DNA from: Rhina ancylostomus
Taxonomy: Eukaryota
Direction of reading: 5' to 3'
NCBI GenBank assembly: GCA_030265395.1
Contig: JARFYF010000118.1
Location: 17,837,070 to 17,901,069 of the forward strand
Length of the DNA stretch: 64,000 bases
Positions 11,891 through 24,221 of the stretch are shown here, piece by piece. The position numbers were made by a program, and so were the translations under genes. Each line of letters opens with the position of its first letter. Within the stretch, counting starts at the first letter, position 1. Under the pieces are notes generated by a model. That model was not told the origin of the DNA. It saw nothing but the letters and a program-made list of their open reading frames with translations, and searched no databases.

Positions 11891-13379
11891 AGCAAACAGA
11901 TTACCAGAATCTTCTCTAAGAGACAGTACACATGGTCGCACAGAGAATAACTTTCTCAAACCCTTACTAGTAATAACAGGCAGCCATCTCTGTATGCAAT
12001 CCTTGCACAAATCCTTGATGTCATTGGCAGACATATCAAACTAGATTCTTGTAAGCTGTTAAGTTTTATCAATGATTAGCACCATGAGCTGGACCACAGT
12101 CTCACAGACTTCAAATAAGAGGCAGTATAAAGGCTGCCTTTAAATGAAATGGTCTAGAAATGTTATTGCAAAGCACAACAGTTTTGTGTACAATGCTAAT
12201 AATTTCATCTAAAATTCAATTGCTCCATGGATTCATTCTGCTTGTCAGGAAACTTTAGCATGGCACTCCACACATTTGACTTGTTCACGCATGAGGTCCA
12301 CTGCCTGTGCACACAGTGACATTGATAGGCATGCAATGCACAGATCTTATAATTTTTGTAATGGATGCTGCTGAGCCACAGTTACAGAATTCTCATAGTC
12401 CCAGTGATAAGTTACCATTGTTCATCGAAATGTTCTAATATAAATTCATTTGACAAAATAAAATTGTACATTGCATTTTGAAATTCTAGAAGGTGCAAGA
12501 CAAATAATTGGAAAGGCTCCATTTATTTGATAACACTGATGAAAAGGAGTTTCATTTTGGACCACAGATTAATTCAATTCTGAAATTTCACTTTGCTAAC
12601 ATCCTTCAAGGTCTTTAAACTCACTCCATGTGGATCAATATTTCATTACTTACCAGCACACATCCCATCCCTACAACTCTATAATTATTTCCCTCCCTTA
12701 AAGTCTAATTTCTTGATCATCTCTCTGTGAATCCACAATAATGCAAATTAATTATATTAAAGCAACATGGCTCTCCTTGCACTTCAACCAGGTCAGGATT
12801 TACAGCTTCTAAATTTTGATACAAAGTAACTTCAATTCACATCAATGTTGTTATGTTATGCAACCCTAAATCATTCTCAAATTTATTCTCAGTACAAGTC
12901 ACACCAATATGTCATTCTGACTGGGGTACAGTACAGAGATGTACAAAATGTTTTGGTAACACTTGCAAAATTGAGTTCTGGACTATGAACTTGAATAACA
13001 GGTGGTATCACTCGTGTCTTTGAGTCAAAAGGTTACTAGTTCATTCAGCCTCTGGAAAGTTGAACTATTAACCTACAGCCAAGGTAAGCTGATACAGCAT
13101 ACTGGTAAGAAAGTGGCCAATGCTATGTTTGTGATATGAATTTAAAATACCTTCAAGGTGACATTGCAGCCTGGTACTGGTGATGTATATCTTGAAGATG
13201 AGTTTAGCTAGAGTCTCATCTGTCTGTTCAGCTGGACTTACCTAATTGCCTGGTGACTTCCTTTGCTCTCCTGGATAACACTCAGTTCCAAAATAGACTT
13301 TATTCTACACAAAATCATGGAAAAGGCAGATATACTATCATAACTTGCATTTCAGATTATTCTTCTAGATCTGCAATTG

Positions 13380-14095
13380 AGAACTTGGAAGAGAGCACAA
13401 ATACACAAGAGGGACCAAGGCTTCCTCTGCCATTTCTAAAAGGTTACAACTGATCTTAGACTTTTGACTGAGCAATGCCCATATAAATTGATTACAATCA
13501 TGTTCAAAATCTGTTGTCCTGAATTTTGAATATACTCAACAACTGAACATTGGCACACCTCTTGAACAGACTATTTCAAAGATTGACATCAGCACAGTGG
13601 CACATCTGGTAGAACCGCTGCCTCACAGTTCTAGCGACCTGAGCCGGCCTCTGGGACTGTCTGTGTGGACTTTGCATGTTCTCCCTGTGACTGCATGGGT
13701 TTCCTCTGCATGTCCCAGTTTTCTCTAACATACCAAAAGCATGCAGATTGGTAGGTTAATTGGACACTATAAATTGGCCCTAGTATGTTGATGAGTGGTG
13801 GAATCTGGGGACGGTTAATAGGAGTGTGAGCAGAGTAAAATGGGTAAGAGTAAGGTGAGTGCAAAAACTGGTTTCAATGGTTGACGTGGATGAAGTTGGT
13901 CAAAGGGCCTGTTTCCTGTGTTGCATCTCTCTGGCTCTATTAATATCTTGGTGAGCGAAGAAATTTTGATTCATCCCAGTCCTAAATTACTTCATTCTGG
14001 GACAATGCCTTCTCTTTCTCAACTCTCCAGCCAGGAGAAACAACCTCTCAAAATTTATTGTTCAGTTCTCTTAAAATCTTATATCCTTTAATGTC
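13380..14095 (-). mobile_element. Old CR1-type LINE 3' fragment interrupted by an HE1 SINE
   Basis: ttgaatatactcaac..ttcaaagattgaca resumes after the SINE as gaagaaattt..tcatcccagtcctaaat...ggagaaacaacctctc. Confidence 0.65.
13590..13940 (+). mobile_element. HE1-like V-SINE
   Basis: tRNA-like head (gcacagtggcaca..ggtaga..gctgcctcacag), V-domain (ctgtctgtgtgga.tttgcatgttctccctgtgactgc.tgggtttcctc), CR1-derived tail (aagggcctgtttcc). Confidence 0.9.
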
Positions 14096-14239
14096 AGCAA
14101 TGCTTCAAGGTTCACAGAGAGGCAGCCTCTGTGGTGGAACCTCTGGGGTTCTGTCTCCACCCACAGGCAGTCAGATGAAATGCATATGTCCATTACTCAG
14201 AATAAAGAACGGCTTTATAGGAAACAATTTGCTTTTAGA

Positions 14240-14650
14240 ATGACGCAGAAGGCTTTACTGGCAACAAGGTACATTTGAAATGTAGTTACTGTTATGACAT
14301 ACATAATATAGCAGGTAATTTACACACAACAACCTCCCAATGACAGCAATATGATGGATAATAAAATAATATTATTTCTTAATATTGGCCCAGGCACAAA
14401 CATTGGCCAGAACACCAACGAGAACTCTCTTGCTCTTCAAGATAGGAGCCATGAGATCCATGAAATCTATCCAAGAAGGTTTAAGGGGCTCATGGTTCAA
14501 CACCTCATCTGAAATATGACACCTCCAACAATGTAACACTTCCTCAGAACTGCGTCAAAAAGGTTTTGTGCACACTTCCCTGAAGTGAGACTTAAAACTA
14601 CAACTTTCCGATTAATACATGATGGGAATGCTATTCAAACCATGCCAGAC
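14240..14650 (-). mobile_element. Deu-domain SINE
   Basis: ttgaaatgtagttactgttatg...cattggccagaacacc..gagaactctcttgctcttcaagatag..gccatgagatc...ggttcaacacctcatctgaaa is the reverse complement of the Deu core. Confidence 0.75.
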
Positions 14651-15479
14651 ACAACTGCACCACTTGCCCTGAGACTGTTCTGAATTTGAAGATACTAAAA
14701 TTGGATTTTGGTCAGTTTTGCATAAATCAAGAGAATGCTCTTTCCTAGTTACTTACAAACACTCATTTCAATTGAGAAGAAAATGGTCTGCAGCATTGGG
14801 GGGGAAAATTTCCATTTATTTGGTTCTATATTTGTCTTCTTTTATCTCAGTGAGTGGTCACTCTTGTTTTTCAATTATTGCTTTTATAGGGATCACTACT
14901 TATTATTGTAAAACAAAAGTGACCACTGTCAAAGTTTGGTTTTTGGATGTCATGCATCTTGAGCTTGCATTACAAATTTAACCAGAATTCTTTCTATCCT
15001 AGTATTTAAATCTTTTCTATCAATTTGAAGGGAGATGCCCCATATGTTAAATAAGCACTAGATAGTTAAAAGGGGAGAGGATGCCAAAACTGAATAGTAT
15101 TATTCCAAATGTTCCTCAATAAATAAATCAATTGCTTAACAATTTTTTTCATTTTGAAAAAAATCTGTCCAGCCAAATTTGCTTTCTCAGTGACTGCTGT
15201 AGTGATATCACTGGCATGAATTTGCTTCATGCATCATCTGGATAAACTGGTTGCTTCATTCAGGGTCAGCTGCAGCCATCCAATCCTCAGGGCGAGCTGC
15301 ATAGCCCTCGGGTTAGCCTGAATTAGTGGACTCCATTATTTTGTAAGGAAGCACTTCACCTCTCAATGGGGAAACAATCTCTGTCAGTAGTGTTGAAGAA
15401 ACGCACATGCAGGCAGTGAGAGTTGACTCAAAGCTCTAAACACATCAGAACACTGACTTTAAAAAAAACATTAAAAGAT

Positions 15480-15655
15480 CAACATGAATCTTGAAAGTGC
15501 TCAACAGGTCAGGCAGCATCTGTGGAGAAGTAAACAGAGTTTGATGATCTTCCCATAGAACATCAAGTAATCAGTCTGAATTGTTAACTATTTCTCTCTC
15601 CACCGATTTACTGTTTTTACTTTAGATTTCCAGCACCTGCAGCATTCTGCTTTCA
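15480..15655. mobile_element. Penelope-derived foldback element (degenerate)
   Basis: ctcaacaggtcaggcagcatctgtggaga..aaacagagtt left arm; tgttaactatttctctctccac..atttccagcacctgcagca right arm. Confidence 0.65.
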
Positions 15656-17389
15656 ACAAAGAGTAGAGGACACATTAAGATGTTATCTAAAAATTGTGGT
15701 GAAATGTTTCAGACAATAAGTGTTTACTTATAATTAACTTGACTATGATATAATTTGTCATGTTGATGTTAAAAATATAACATTTTATACCAGGACTGCA
15801 AACTAAGTGGTGCAATTATAAACATTCATCAAATGTTGTACCATATGTGTGTTTTTCTCTTTTCTGCTGAGTTTAAATGAACAGTGAAGAAACCATTTGA
15901 GAGTTTGGCACCATGTGGTAGATACAAAGCTCGTTGAATTTTCAAGCAGTATACATTAGAATAGCTGGGGGAAGTAAAACTTTTGTGGTCAGCTGTACAT
16001 GTTAAAAGCACAGGCTGAGTCTCAATTAAGTTAATGTAAATATTAACACACAATATAAAACTATTGCACTTCTTCTGTGGTGCTTACTGCTAATGCAGTT
16101 AACCTATTATGTGGATGTGATGTTCACCAAGAACAAGATGCACGCTGATCATACAATTAAATCATTGTTGTTTACACAGTAATCAAAATGCGAGTTAAGA
16201 AACAGATGGATATTTATTGGTGATAGTTCATGAGCAAAGACATTATTCCTTCGGCTTTATAAACAAAAACATTTCACACTTTATATAATGTTGATATTTA
16301 TGTTATCATTACTAACTATTTAATTTCAGTATATTTAGATACATTCTGGTGTAATTAAATCTTATTTTTATTGGTGTGTTCATATATTTTGTGTAATTTA
16401 TATTAGTTATCCAAATGGTTATTATATAGGACTTGTATATTGTAAAATGCCAAATTTGAGTATACCAATAGATGGTTTCTATTTAATAACGATTTTATAG
16501 ATTTAAGTTAAATAGGAAAAAAAATCACTTTGTCATTCACTAGATGAGGATGAATATTGAATCTGCAATAAGGATTTCTTATGTGGATGCTGCCATTTGG
16601 TATCTGTTATTTTGAATGCAGAATACTGTGATTCTGCTGTTAAAGGCAACTTCCGCATTTAGAAAACATATTTTATCTGTGAAAAATATGGAACAGTGCA
16701 GATAAATACTGGAAATGTAGCTCAGGTCAGTCAATGTATGAAAGAGAAAAAGATAATGATCATTTTGAGAATGACTTTAAATTCTATTTACAGGTCAATT
16801 CACTCAGATTAGTGGGTGAATTTCTAACCACAATCAATCTGTTGTATATTTCCATACTTCCAACCTCTGAAGTATTCATTTTTATATGTAGCAATGTAAT
16901 AGGCAGTAGTGGGTGTTCATTTTAATAGCAAATGTACGTTTGACTCAATTAATCATTTCTTCCCCAAGTGGCCCATAACTGTGGACAGATTATGGTTTCA
17001 AAGAACTTGGTTTTTGGCAGTTACTGATTGTGAATGGAAAAGGTTTTGATCAGTGTAGATGCATTAAAAATATTGGAGTCATGAGAATCTGGGACAAATC
17101 ACTTCCAAGGTACTGGAGGGCATGGAGCTGCAGGAAGCTGCTTGTGGTTATTGTGAAAGAGACAATGCTGGAAATACTCAGCTGGTCAGCAAGTACCTGT
17201 GGAGAGAGGAATAGAGTTAATACTTTGGATTTGTGATCTGTGATCCGAACAATTTGATATAGGTGATACAAAAATGATGATCAGGGAGGCCACAAGGGAA
17301 AGAATAGCACCATGTTACTACAATTGGTGCAGATTTCTGATGTAATGCGAATGAGCTAAGAAGGTGGATTTGGTAGGGAAATAAGAATC

Positions 17390-17770
17390 GTAAAATTGGT
17401 AAATTGGTTTATTTTTGTCAGATGTATTGAGGTACAGTGAAAAAAATTGTTTTGCATGCCATCTGAACAGATCATTTTTTCACATCAGTGCATTGAGGTA
17501 GTACAAGGGGAAACAATAATAGAATGCAGAATAAAATGTTACGGGCAGACAATAAGGTGCAGGGCTATTACAAGGGAGATTATGAGGTCAAGCGTTCATC
17601 TTTTTGTACTAGAGGACCATTCAATAATCTTATAACTAAGGGATAGAAGCTGTCCTTGAGCCTAGTGGTACGTGCTTTCAGGCTTTTGTACCTTCTGCCC
17701 AATGGGAGAGGCAAGAAGAGAGAATGTCCTGGGTGGGTGGAGTCTTTGATTATGTTGGCTGCATTACTGA
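17390..17770 (-). mobile_element. Rex1/Babar-type non-LTR retrotransposon 3' end
   Basis: ORF 17580-17804(-) AANIIKDSTHPGHSLFLPLPLGRRYKSLKARTTRLKDSFYPLVIRLLN is the typical Rex1/Babar ORF C-terminus; tail ends aataaaccaattt on the minus strand. Confidence 0.88.
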
Positions 17771-17839
17771 TATTACTGTAGTAATCTTGAGGCAGTTCTG
17801 TCATTCAACAATATTAGGGCTGACTTTCACCAACAGCAT

Positions 17840-18090
17840 GTTCTGCCTTATCTCCATATTTCTGTAATATTCAGAAATCTATCAATTACTATTTTCAGTG
17901 CATTCAGTGACTAAGCCTCATTGCCCTCCAGGATAGAGAATTCCAAAGACTCATCCGCTTCTGTGAGTGAAGAAATTTCTCTTCATCTTAGTCCTAAATT
18001 GCCTACCCCTCATTTTGAGGCCATAGTTTCAAGGCATAGACTCCTCAGAGGATCATTTTCCCTGCAGGTACACTTGTAAGAATTTCAGTC
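17840..18090 (-). mobile_element. Old CR1-type LINE 3' fragment
   Basis: tagagaattccaaagactca..tgagtgaagaaatttctcttcatcttagtcctaaat. Confidence 0.7.
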
Positions 18091-18809
18091 ATGACCTTAC
18101 TAAACCACATCCATATGGTTTATTCCTGCTGCTAATTCTAGGAGGTGCTTTTTTTTGTATGGGTGCTACAACAACCTTCAAATCCTTCATTTCCCATAAT
18201 AATATTACTCCATTTATTATTATTAAAATCTGCAAATTCAATTTTCCTACTCTGATGATTCATAGCTGCCCCATGAGACAAGCACTTATTTTGTTATCTG
18301 GATTGCATATGAAAGAATTATGATGGAATATCAACACCAGCAAAGTCCAATGGAGAGGGAGGTCAAATATGCCAACATCTGGCCTCCAGCTTGTTCCTGA
18401 CTTTTGTGCTGTAATGTGTGTGTGTGTGTGCACGCGCGCGATGCCTGATGTGATGATCCTCGAGGAGGTCACCAGAAGCAGTTACCAACAGAACCATCAA
18501 CAAAAGATAAGTATCATTGGGGCCAATACACATGCAAGGGTTTCCTTTCTACGATTGTAGCCATTCCATCCAAAAAACGTTCATCATGTCAAGATCTTGA
18601 TAAATGGCAATTTCTCTTGTTCATATTCAAACGTAAATTGTGGCTGTAAGACCTCCTGTCGGACCTGACGGCTTGGAAGTAAGGTGAAATTCTACATCTT
18701 TTCATTATTTTTAACTGCATGAGACAGTTTTCCCCATTGCAGAGGATTCTGTGTTCTTCATGGTCCTGGCAAATCCAGAACTGTTTCACAGCCAATTAAT
18801 TATTCTTGC

Positions 18810-18990
18810 CTAAAAACAGAAAATGCTGGAAGTGGTCAGGAGGTGGTTCAGTATAAATGGAGAGACAAACGGAATGTGATGTTTCAGATGGATCAAGGTC
18901 ATTGACCTGAAGCACTAATTCCTTTTCTCTTTGCACTTGATGCTTTCCAGCCTCTGTATTTACAACATTTTCTAGTTATGATTTCAGTTT
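18810..18990. mobile_element. Penelope-derived foldback element (degenerate)
   Basis: aaaaacagaaaatgctggaa...gtttcag...aaggtcattgacctgaa...cattttct..atttcag. Confidence 0.6.
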
Positions 18991-18994
18991 TACA

Positions 18995-19350
18995 CCTTGC
19001 AAAATATTCTTCTTCTAAGCATTATTGTGAGCAATTGGAACATAAGAGCCAATCTGCTCAGAGGAAAGTCTTAAAAACACCAGAAAAGATAAATGATCAA
19101 TTAATTCTGTTGAGGTGTTTTTCACTGAACGATAACATCAGTGCAGGACATCAGGAGTACTTCGTGTTCATATTTATTCAGTACCTTGGAATCTTTAATG
19201 GCCATCTGACAAGGCAAAGACTGTCTGTGTTTCATCCAGAAGTCAGCACCTCAGACCATGCAGCACTTCTGAGGTACTTGAAATGTCTTTCAAGACTCTG
19301 TACTCAAAAACTAACCTGATCAATAATTAAGAGTACTGATGAGCCACTTG
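18995..19350 (-). mobile_element. Deu-domain SINE
   Basis: caggacatcaggag.act...cagtaccttggaatctttaatggccatctga...tcatccagaagtcagcacctcagac.atgcagcact. Confidence 0.65.
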
Positions 19351-19756
19351 GGTGTTAACTATAAACATGAGTTGGCTCATTCCTACTTCTGCTTCTGCAC
19401 AAAATCAGAAAATCATTAGATCAACGGTGAAGAAATGTAGAAAATATTCATGTTCCCTGACAACATTCTGAGATGGGAAAAAAGGCCCAGAGATGCTAAT
19501 TGATGAAAATATTAGGAATGAGTGCTGGCCCTTTGTAGCAGGCCGACTCTTTGCCTTCTTCAGACAGGTTTTGATCGCTCCTCTCTGATTATCCTGCTAA
19601 ATAGTCAAATTGATAAACTTTTTTTGTTCAGGGGATTGTAAGTGGTAGCAGGAGTTACTCCTGAGAAGTTAGGTGGCTGAGCTGAAATTCCAACACTTTT
19701 GCAGTTTAAGAAGAGCAGCCTTTTAAAAAAAATAGGAAGGCAAAAATTAAAGCTGT

Positions 19757-20078
19757 GGGTGGCACAGAGATGTAGCTTCTGGAGCTGCTGCCCCACGGCA
19801 CCAGTCGCCTGGGCTCGATTCTGACTTTTCATGATGTCTATGTGGAGTCTGCATGTTCTTCCCGTGACCACATTCCTCCAGGGGAATGGGTTTTCTCCCA
19901 CATCCCAAAGACATTCAGATTGGTAGGTTAATTGGCTGCTGTAAATTGCCCGTAGTGTGTGGTGGTTGGTAGAATCTAGGGGAATGTGAGCAGAATAAAA
20001 TGAGAATGGTGTGAGATTAGTGTAAGTGGGTGCTTGATGGTTGGGGGGAGGGTGAAGGGTCAGTTTCCATGTGGTCTA
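19757..20078 (+). mobile_element. HE1-like V-SINE
   Basis: gagctgctgccccac..ctgggctcgattctgac..tgtggagtctgcatgttcttcccgtgacc..ttggtaggttaattggc..tgtaaattgccc. Confidence 0.88.
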
Positions 20079-20249
20079 TTTATATTTATTTTTCATTAAG
20101 AACACACACAGATGCAGAGCCACTACGCTGCACATATAAAATCTGCTCAGTCCTTTGTACCTGTGTTTTTTTGCCTCTTATATTTTTCAGGAAGTGCTAC
20201 CGTGCTACAGTTTAAAATACGACCCGCATATTACTGGTATTGTAAGGAG

Positions 20250-20970
20250 TTAGCTCTTCAATTCATTTTCAAATGTTACATTGTCAGGAGTTATGAAAAG
20301 TTCAGATTCATGACAAATGGAATTGAATGTAAAGGGTGTGAAGTGAGGTCTTTTGGTTGAAGGAATTTTTAGCATGCAGTAGAATCTAAATGGTGCAGTA
20401 TTAGTGGAACAGAGGGATCCATGTTATGTCTAAATGAAAATAGTAGCAAATCAAGAAGGTTGTTAATAAATTGCTCAAGATCTTTGGGGATTTAATAAGG
20501 CCTGATCAGTCACTGGCTGGGCCCCCAGTCTGAAGGGAGGGTGCTGAAGGAATTTGCTGGAATTGTATTTGGGATGTGGAACTTCAATTATTTTTACAAA
20601 CTGGGAAACCTTGGTTGCAGCAGAAAAAAAGTTGAGGGAAGAATTGATGATAATGTTCAGAATCACGAAGGGTTTTTGTAGCAGAAGGGTCGGGAAGCAG
20701 ATGAAACAATTTTCAGATAACTGACAAAGGAAGCAGAGACAAGATAAAGATTTTGTTTTTACAGAACATGTTATAATCTGGAATGCCCTGCCTAGAAGAC
20801 AATTTATTAATAACTTTCAGAAGTCAATTGTGTGATTACTTGAAGTGGGGACAATTTCCAGACACTTGGGAATGTGCAGGTGATTGGCATTGATTTAATT
20901 GCTGTTTCAAAGATCTGTCGCAGGGATTATGGGCTAAATGTATCATTCTGTCATGTACCATTCTGTATTT
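20250..20970 (+). mobile_element. Old CR1-type LINE 3' fragment
   Basis: Degenerate RT end and tail (tctggaatgccctgcct..., tgggctaaatg..cattctgtcatgtaccattctgt). Confidence 0.6.
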
Positions 20971-21789
20971 GTACAATACCAGCTGGTGCTGCTAATCAAG
21001 TCATTTTTGTCAACTAACTTGGCCTGGTATCAAAGCAAACCTACAGTGATGTGAAGTCTTCTGCCTACTGGTATTGCAGAAACATGTTCAGGTTTTCAGA
21101 ATAACTCGTATTAGATTGGCAAAGAAACACAGTGAGATCACAAGATGGCTGCTGTAGGAAATGGGGAAAACAACACTAGATTAGGGCTACTTTCCCCATG
21201 ATGGAGGAAGCCTCATTGTTAAGACGGTTTAGGAGCAGCTTCACTTTGCAGTTCACCATAGCCATTCTGATATTGCTTTATGCTGACATGCTGGAATTGG
21301 TATTCCATTTTCCAGTGCTAATATCCTTGCCCTGAGGAGCACAAAAAGACATTTTCGTTACCTTTATAAATAGATTTGTAAAGTGATGATATTGAAGTGG
21401 CACCACTGACTTCACAGAACATTAGGTTGTCTCTAAGGTAGTCTTCATCTTTAAGTTACAATAATTCATGCTGTAGCACATCAGGCATTTGCATGAAGCA
21501 AACATGAAAAAGAATTCTTTGTGACATTTTCATTGACTATTTGATACTGAACAGGTCTGCATAAAAATGAGATCTATCTCTTTAAAATGTCCAATAAGAC
21601 AATATATATTTTCAAATAGCTTGAGATATCTTGTGCTTGAAATGCCTGTAGATAACAGAACACTTTGACATGATGTTCTATTTACAGTTATTATAATATT
21701 TGTGTTAAATGATGTATTTTAAGTGGGTCAATGCTCTTTCAGCATTGCAGAATTTAAAAACCTTTACTGTGCTGTATAAATACAGTTTT

Positions 21790-21976
21790 AACAGGCCCTT
21801 CCGGCCCAACAAGCCCGCACCGCCTATTTAAACCCATGTTAACCTACCCGTATGTCTTCAGAATGTGGGAGAAAACCGGAGTACCCGGAGGAAACCCACG
21901 CAGACACGGCGGAAATTGAACCCTGATTGCTGGCGCTGTAATAGCGTCATGCTAACTGCCACGCTACCATGCTACC
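21790..21976 (-). mobile_element. Young V-SINE with an internal deletion
   Basis: acaggcccttccggcccaac...gaatgtgggagaaaaccggagtacccggaggaaacccacgcagacacgg...ttgaaccc..gctaac.gc.acgctacc; CpGs retained. Confidence 0.85.
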
Positions 21977-22607
21977 TATGATCACATACAAACATAGTGT
22001 GTTCCTGTTACTAATATTACAAAAATTAATTTTTAGCATCTTGCATTTTAATCATTTGTTTAATTATATTGAAACCTGACCTGTCTGCTCAAAACTTGTA
22101 ATCTAAGTAATTAGGCCTCTATTTATTTTTCTGAGACTCAGAAGTTGTTTTTGAAGATGATTGTTGTTGACATCTTTTATTGTTACCAAACAAGAGTTGA
22201 ACACCCTTGTAAATTTCCATTGAATTAGAATATAATTTGAGTCTGACAGAGTTGGTGCATCAATCATGATATAATGAATGTGAATAAAATAATTTGCAAA
22301 GAGTGGAGAATGTGGTGATTCCAGTTTAGTATTGTGAAGACAAGGAGATTTTTATTTTGTGAACTGAACTATTAGTTATATTTGCAAGCTTCAGCAGCAA
22401 AGGAAGATGTATGAGATCCAGACATAGGAGATTGAGAAGCATGCGATTTAGGGAGGTTGAAAAGAAGTGAAATGACATTGAAATAGAAAAATATAGGGGC
22501 TGATAGGGATTGTAGGAGCAGAAACATGAAAATAGACACTCCCCCCAACCACCTGAACGTGGTCTTTCTCTGCACGTCAGTGGGGCATGGACAGGGATAT
22601 TAAAATA

Positions 22608-23035
22608 ATCAAAGTCACATTTATTGTCATATGCACATGTACATGCATGCACAGGTGCAATGACAAACTTACTTGCAGCAGCATCACAGGCACATAGCAT
22701 CACATAAGCAGCATTCACAAGAAAAAACATGACTTAAACATAAATTTTACACAATTTTTACAAGACAGAACACAATTAGAACAAAAAAAAAGTCCATTTT
22801 ACTGCAAAGTGATCAAAATGGTCATAGTGTTGCTAAACTGCAGTGATTAGGGCTTTGCTGGTTGGTTCAAGAACTGAATGGTTGAAGGGAAGGAGCTGTT
22901 CTTGAACCTGGTGGTGTGGGACTTCAGGCCTGCCTCCTGAGGTAGATTTCAGACTGCCTCCTGCCTGATGGCAGCTGCGAAAAGATGGTATGGCCCGGAT
23001 GGTGGGGATCTTTGACAACAAATGTTGACTTCTGG
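22608..23035 (-). mobile_element. Rex1/Babar-type 3' end
   Basis: ttcaagaactgaatggttgaagggaag.agctgttcttgaacctggtggtgtgggacttcaggc..gcccggatggtggggatctttga. Confidence 0.85.
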
Positions 23036-23149
23036 ATGTTGGGTAGGATTACCCAATATTGGGTAGAATATTTAAAGTGTTCACCTTAAATTTTTTGTAC
23101 TGATAATTAGCTTGAAGTCAAAGGCAATAAGTTTTCTCCTTATTTTGCT

Positions 23150-23550
23150 GGGAATTAAAAACCAAGGTCAGAGAATTCACATTGATTCTAACATATAAGA
23201 TCCTGAGGGTTGACGTGAAGAGGATGTTTCTTCTTGTGGGAGCATTAGAACTAAGTTGCTGGTTAAAAGTAAGGAGCCACCTATGTTAGAGATGAGAAAC
23301 ATTTCTTTGTCTCAGAGGGTCATGATATTTGGAATTCTCTTCTTTAAGAGGTAGTGAAAGCAGAGGCTTTGAATATTTTTAAGGCAGAGGTGCATAGATT
23401 CTTAATAAGCAAGGGACTGAAAGGTTACTGTAAGTGGCATGAATGCTGTGCTGAGTTTACACTCGGATTGGCCATTTTACTCGTGAATGATGGAGCAAGT
23501 TTGATTTTCCAAGCAGCCCAGATCTGTTCCTGAGTTGATTGTTCACATGT
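23150..23550 (+). mobile_element. CR1-type LINE 3' fragment
   Basis: aacatataagatcctgaggg..gaggatgtttc.tcttgtgggag..tctcagagggtc.tg..ttggaattctct..gaatatttttaaggcagagg. Confidence 0.8.
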
Positions 23551-23604
23551 ACACTGATGGAAAAATTATGTGTGTGAATGATGGCAATAAAACATGTGCT
23601 GGAC

Positions 23605-23860
23605 TATCAAGGTGAGGCCAAACGCAAACTGGAGGAACAGCAGTTCATTATTCCACTTGGGTAATCTACAACCCAATGGCATGAACATTAAATTCTCCAA
23701 TTTCAGGTAACTTGCTCCCCAACTGTCGCTCTCTCCCCTTCTGATCTGCCCAGGTCCTCTCACACATACCCTTCTCTCTAAGGGTACCACCCTCCCCCTT
23801 CCTCCATCCACCCACACCACCCAGTTTCTTTGCTCTCTCCCACCTATTTCATCTGCCTAA
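23605..23860 (+). mobile_element. Penelope-like element 3' fragment (end of GIY-YIG endonuclease plus pyrimidine-rich 3' region)
   Basis: caaggtgaggccaaacgcaaactggaggaacag..ttccacttgggtaatctacaacccaatggcatgaacattaaattctccaatttcaggtaa reads QGEAKRKLEEQ/FHLGNLQPNGMNIKFSNFR* across a frameshift. Confidence 0.75.
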
Positions 23861-23988
23861 CACCCACACGCTCCTCCCAAAGTGTGATTGCGATGTAATT
23901 TTAGTTTCCCCCATCCCGGAGGGGAAAGCAGGGTGCTGGCACTCATGATGTAGTGGTGGATCAATTGTAACTGAAGTTGTTCTTGTAG

Positions 23989-24151
23989 GTTTATGGATGA
24001 CATCCAGGAAATGATTGGTCGTCGGCCATTCTTTCTGTACAAGTACTTGTGGAAATTCATCTGCCCCATTATTATGGTGGCTCTGCTCCTTGCCAGTCTG
24101 ATCCGTATGTGCATCAAACACCCAACATATCGAGCATGGAATCAAACCAAG
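23989..24151 (+). CDS. Solitary exon of an SLC6 neutral amino-acid/orphan transporter (SLC6A15/16/17 group, most like fish SLC6A16), TM11 region, inside an ADGRB1 intron
   Basis: Acceptor ttgttcttgtag|G, donor AAG|gtaaga; 163 bp, phase 2 to 0, no stop; translates xFMDDIQEMIGRRPFFLYKYLWKFICPIIMVALLLASLIRMCIKHPTYRAWNQTK, fitting the SLC6 pattern F..DI..M.G..P...Y...W....P...Y..W. No other SLC6 exon seen. Confidence 0.8.
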
Positions 24152-24221
24152 GTAAGATCACCCACAGCTTACTTAATTATTACTGTGATTAAACTAAGTA
24201 CCTGGAAGTGCTCTGATCAGG

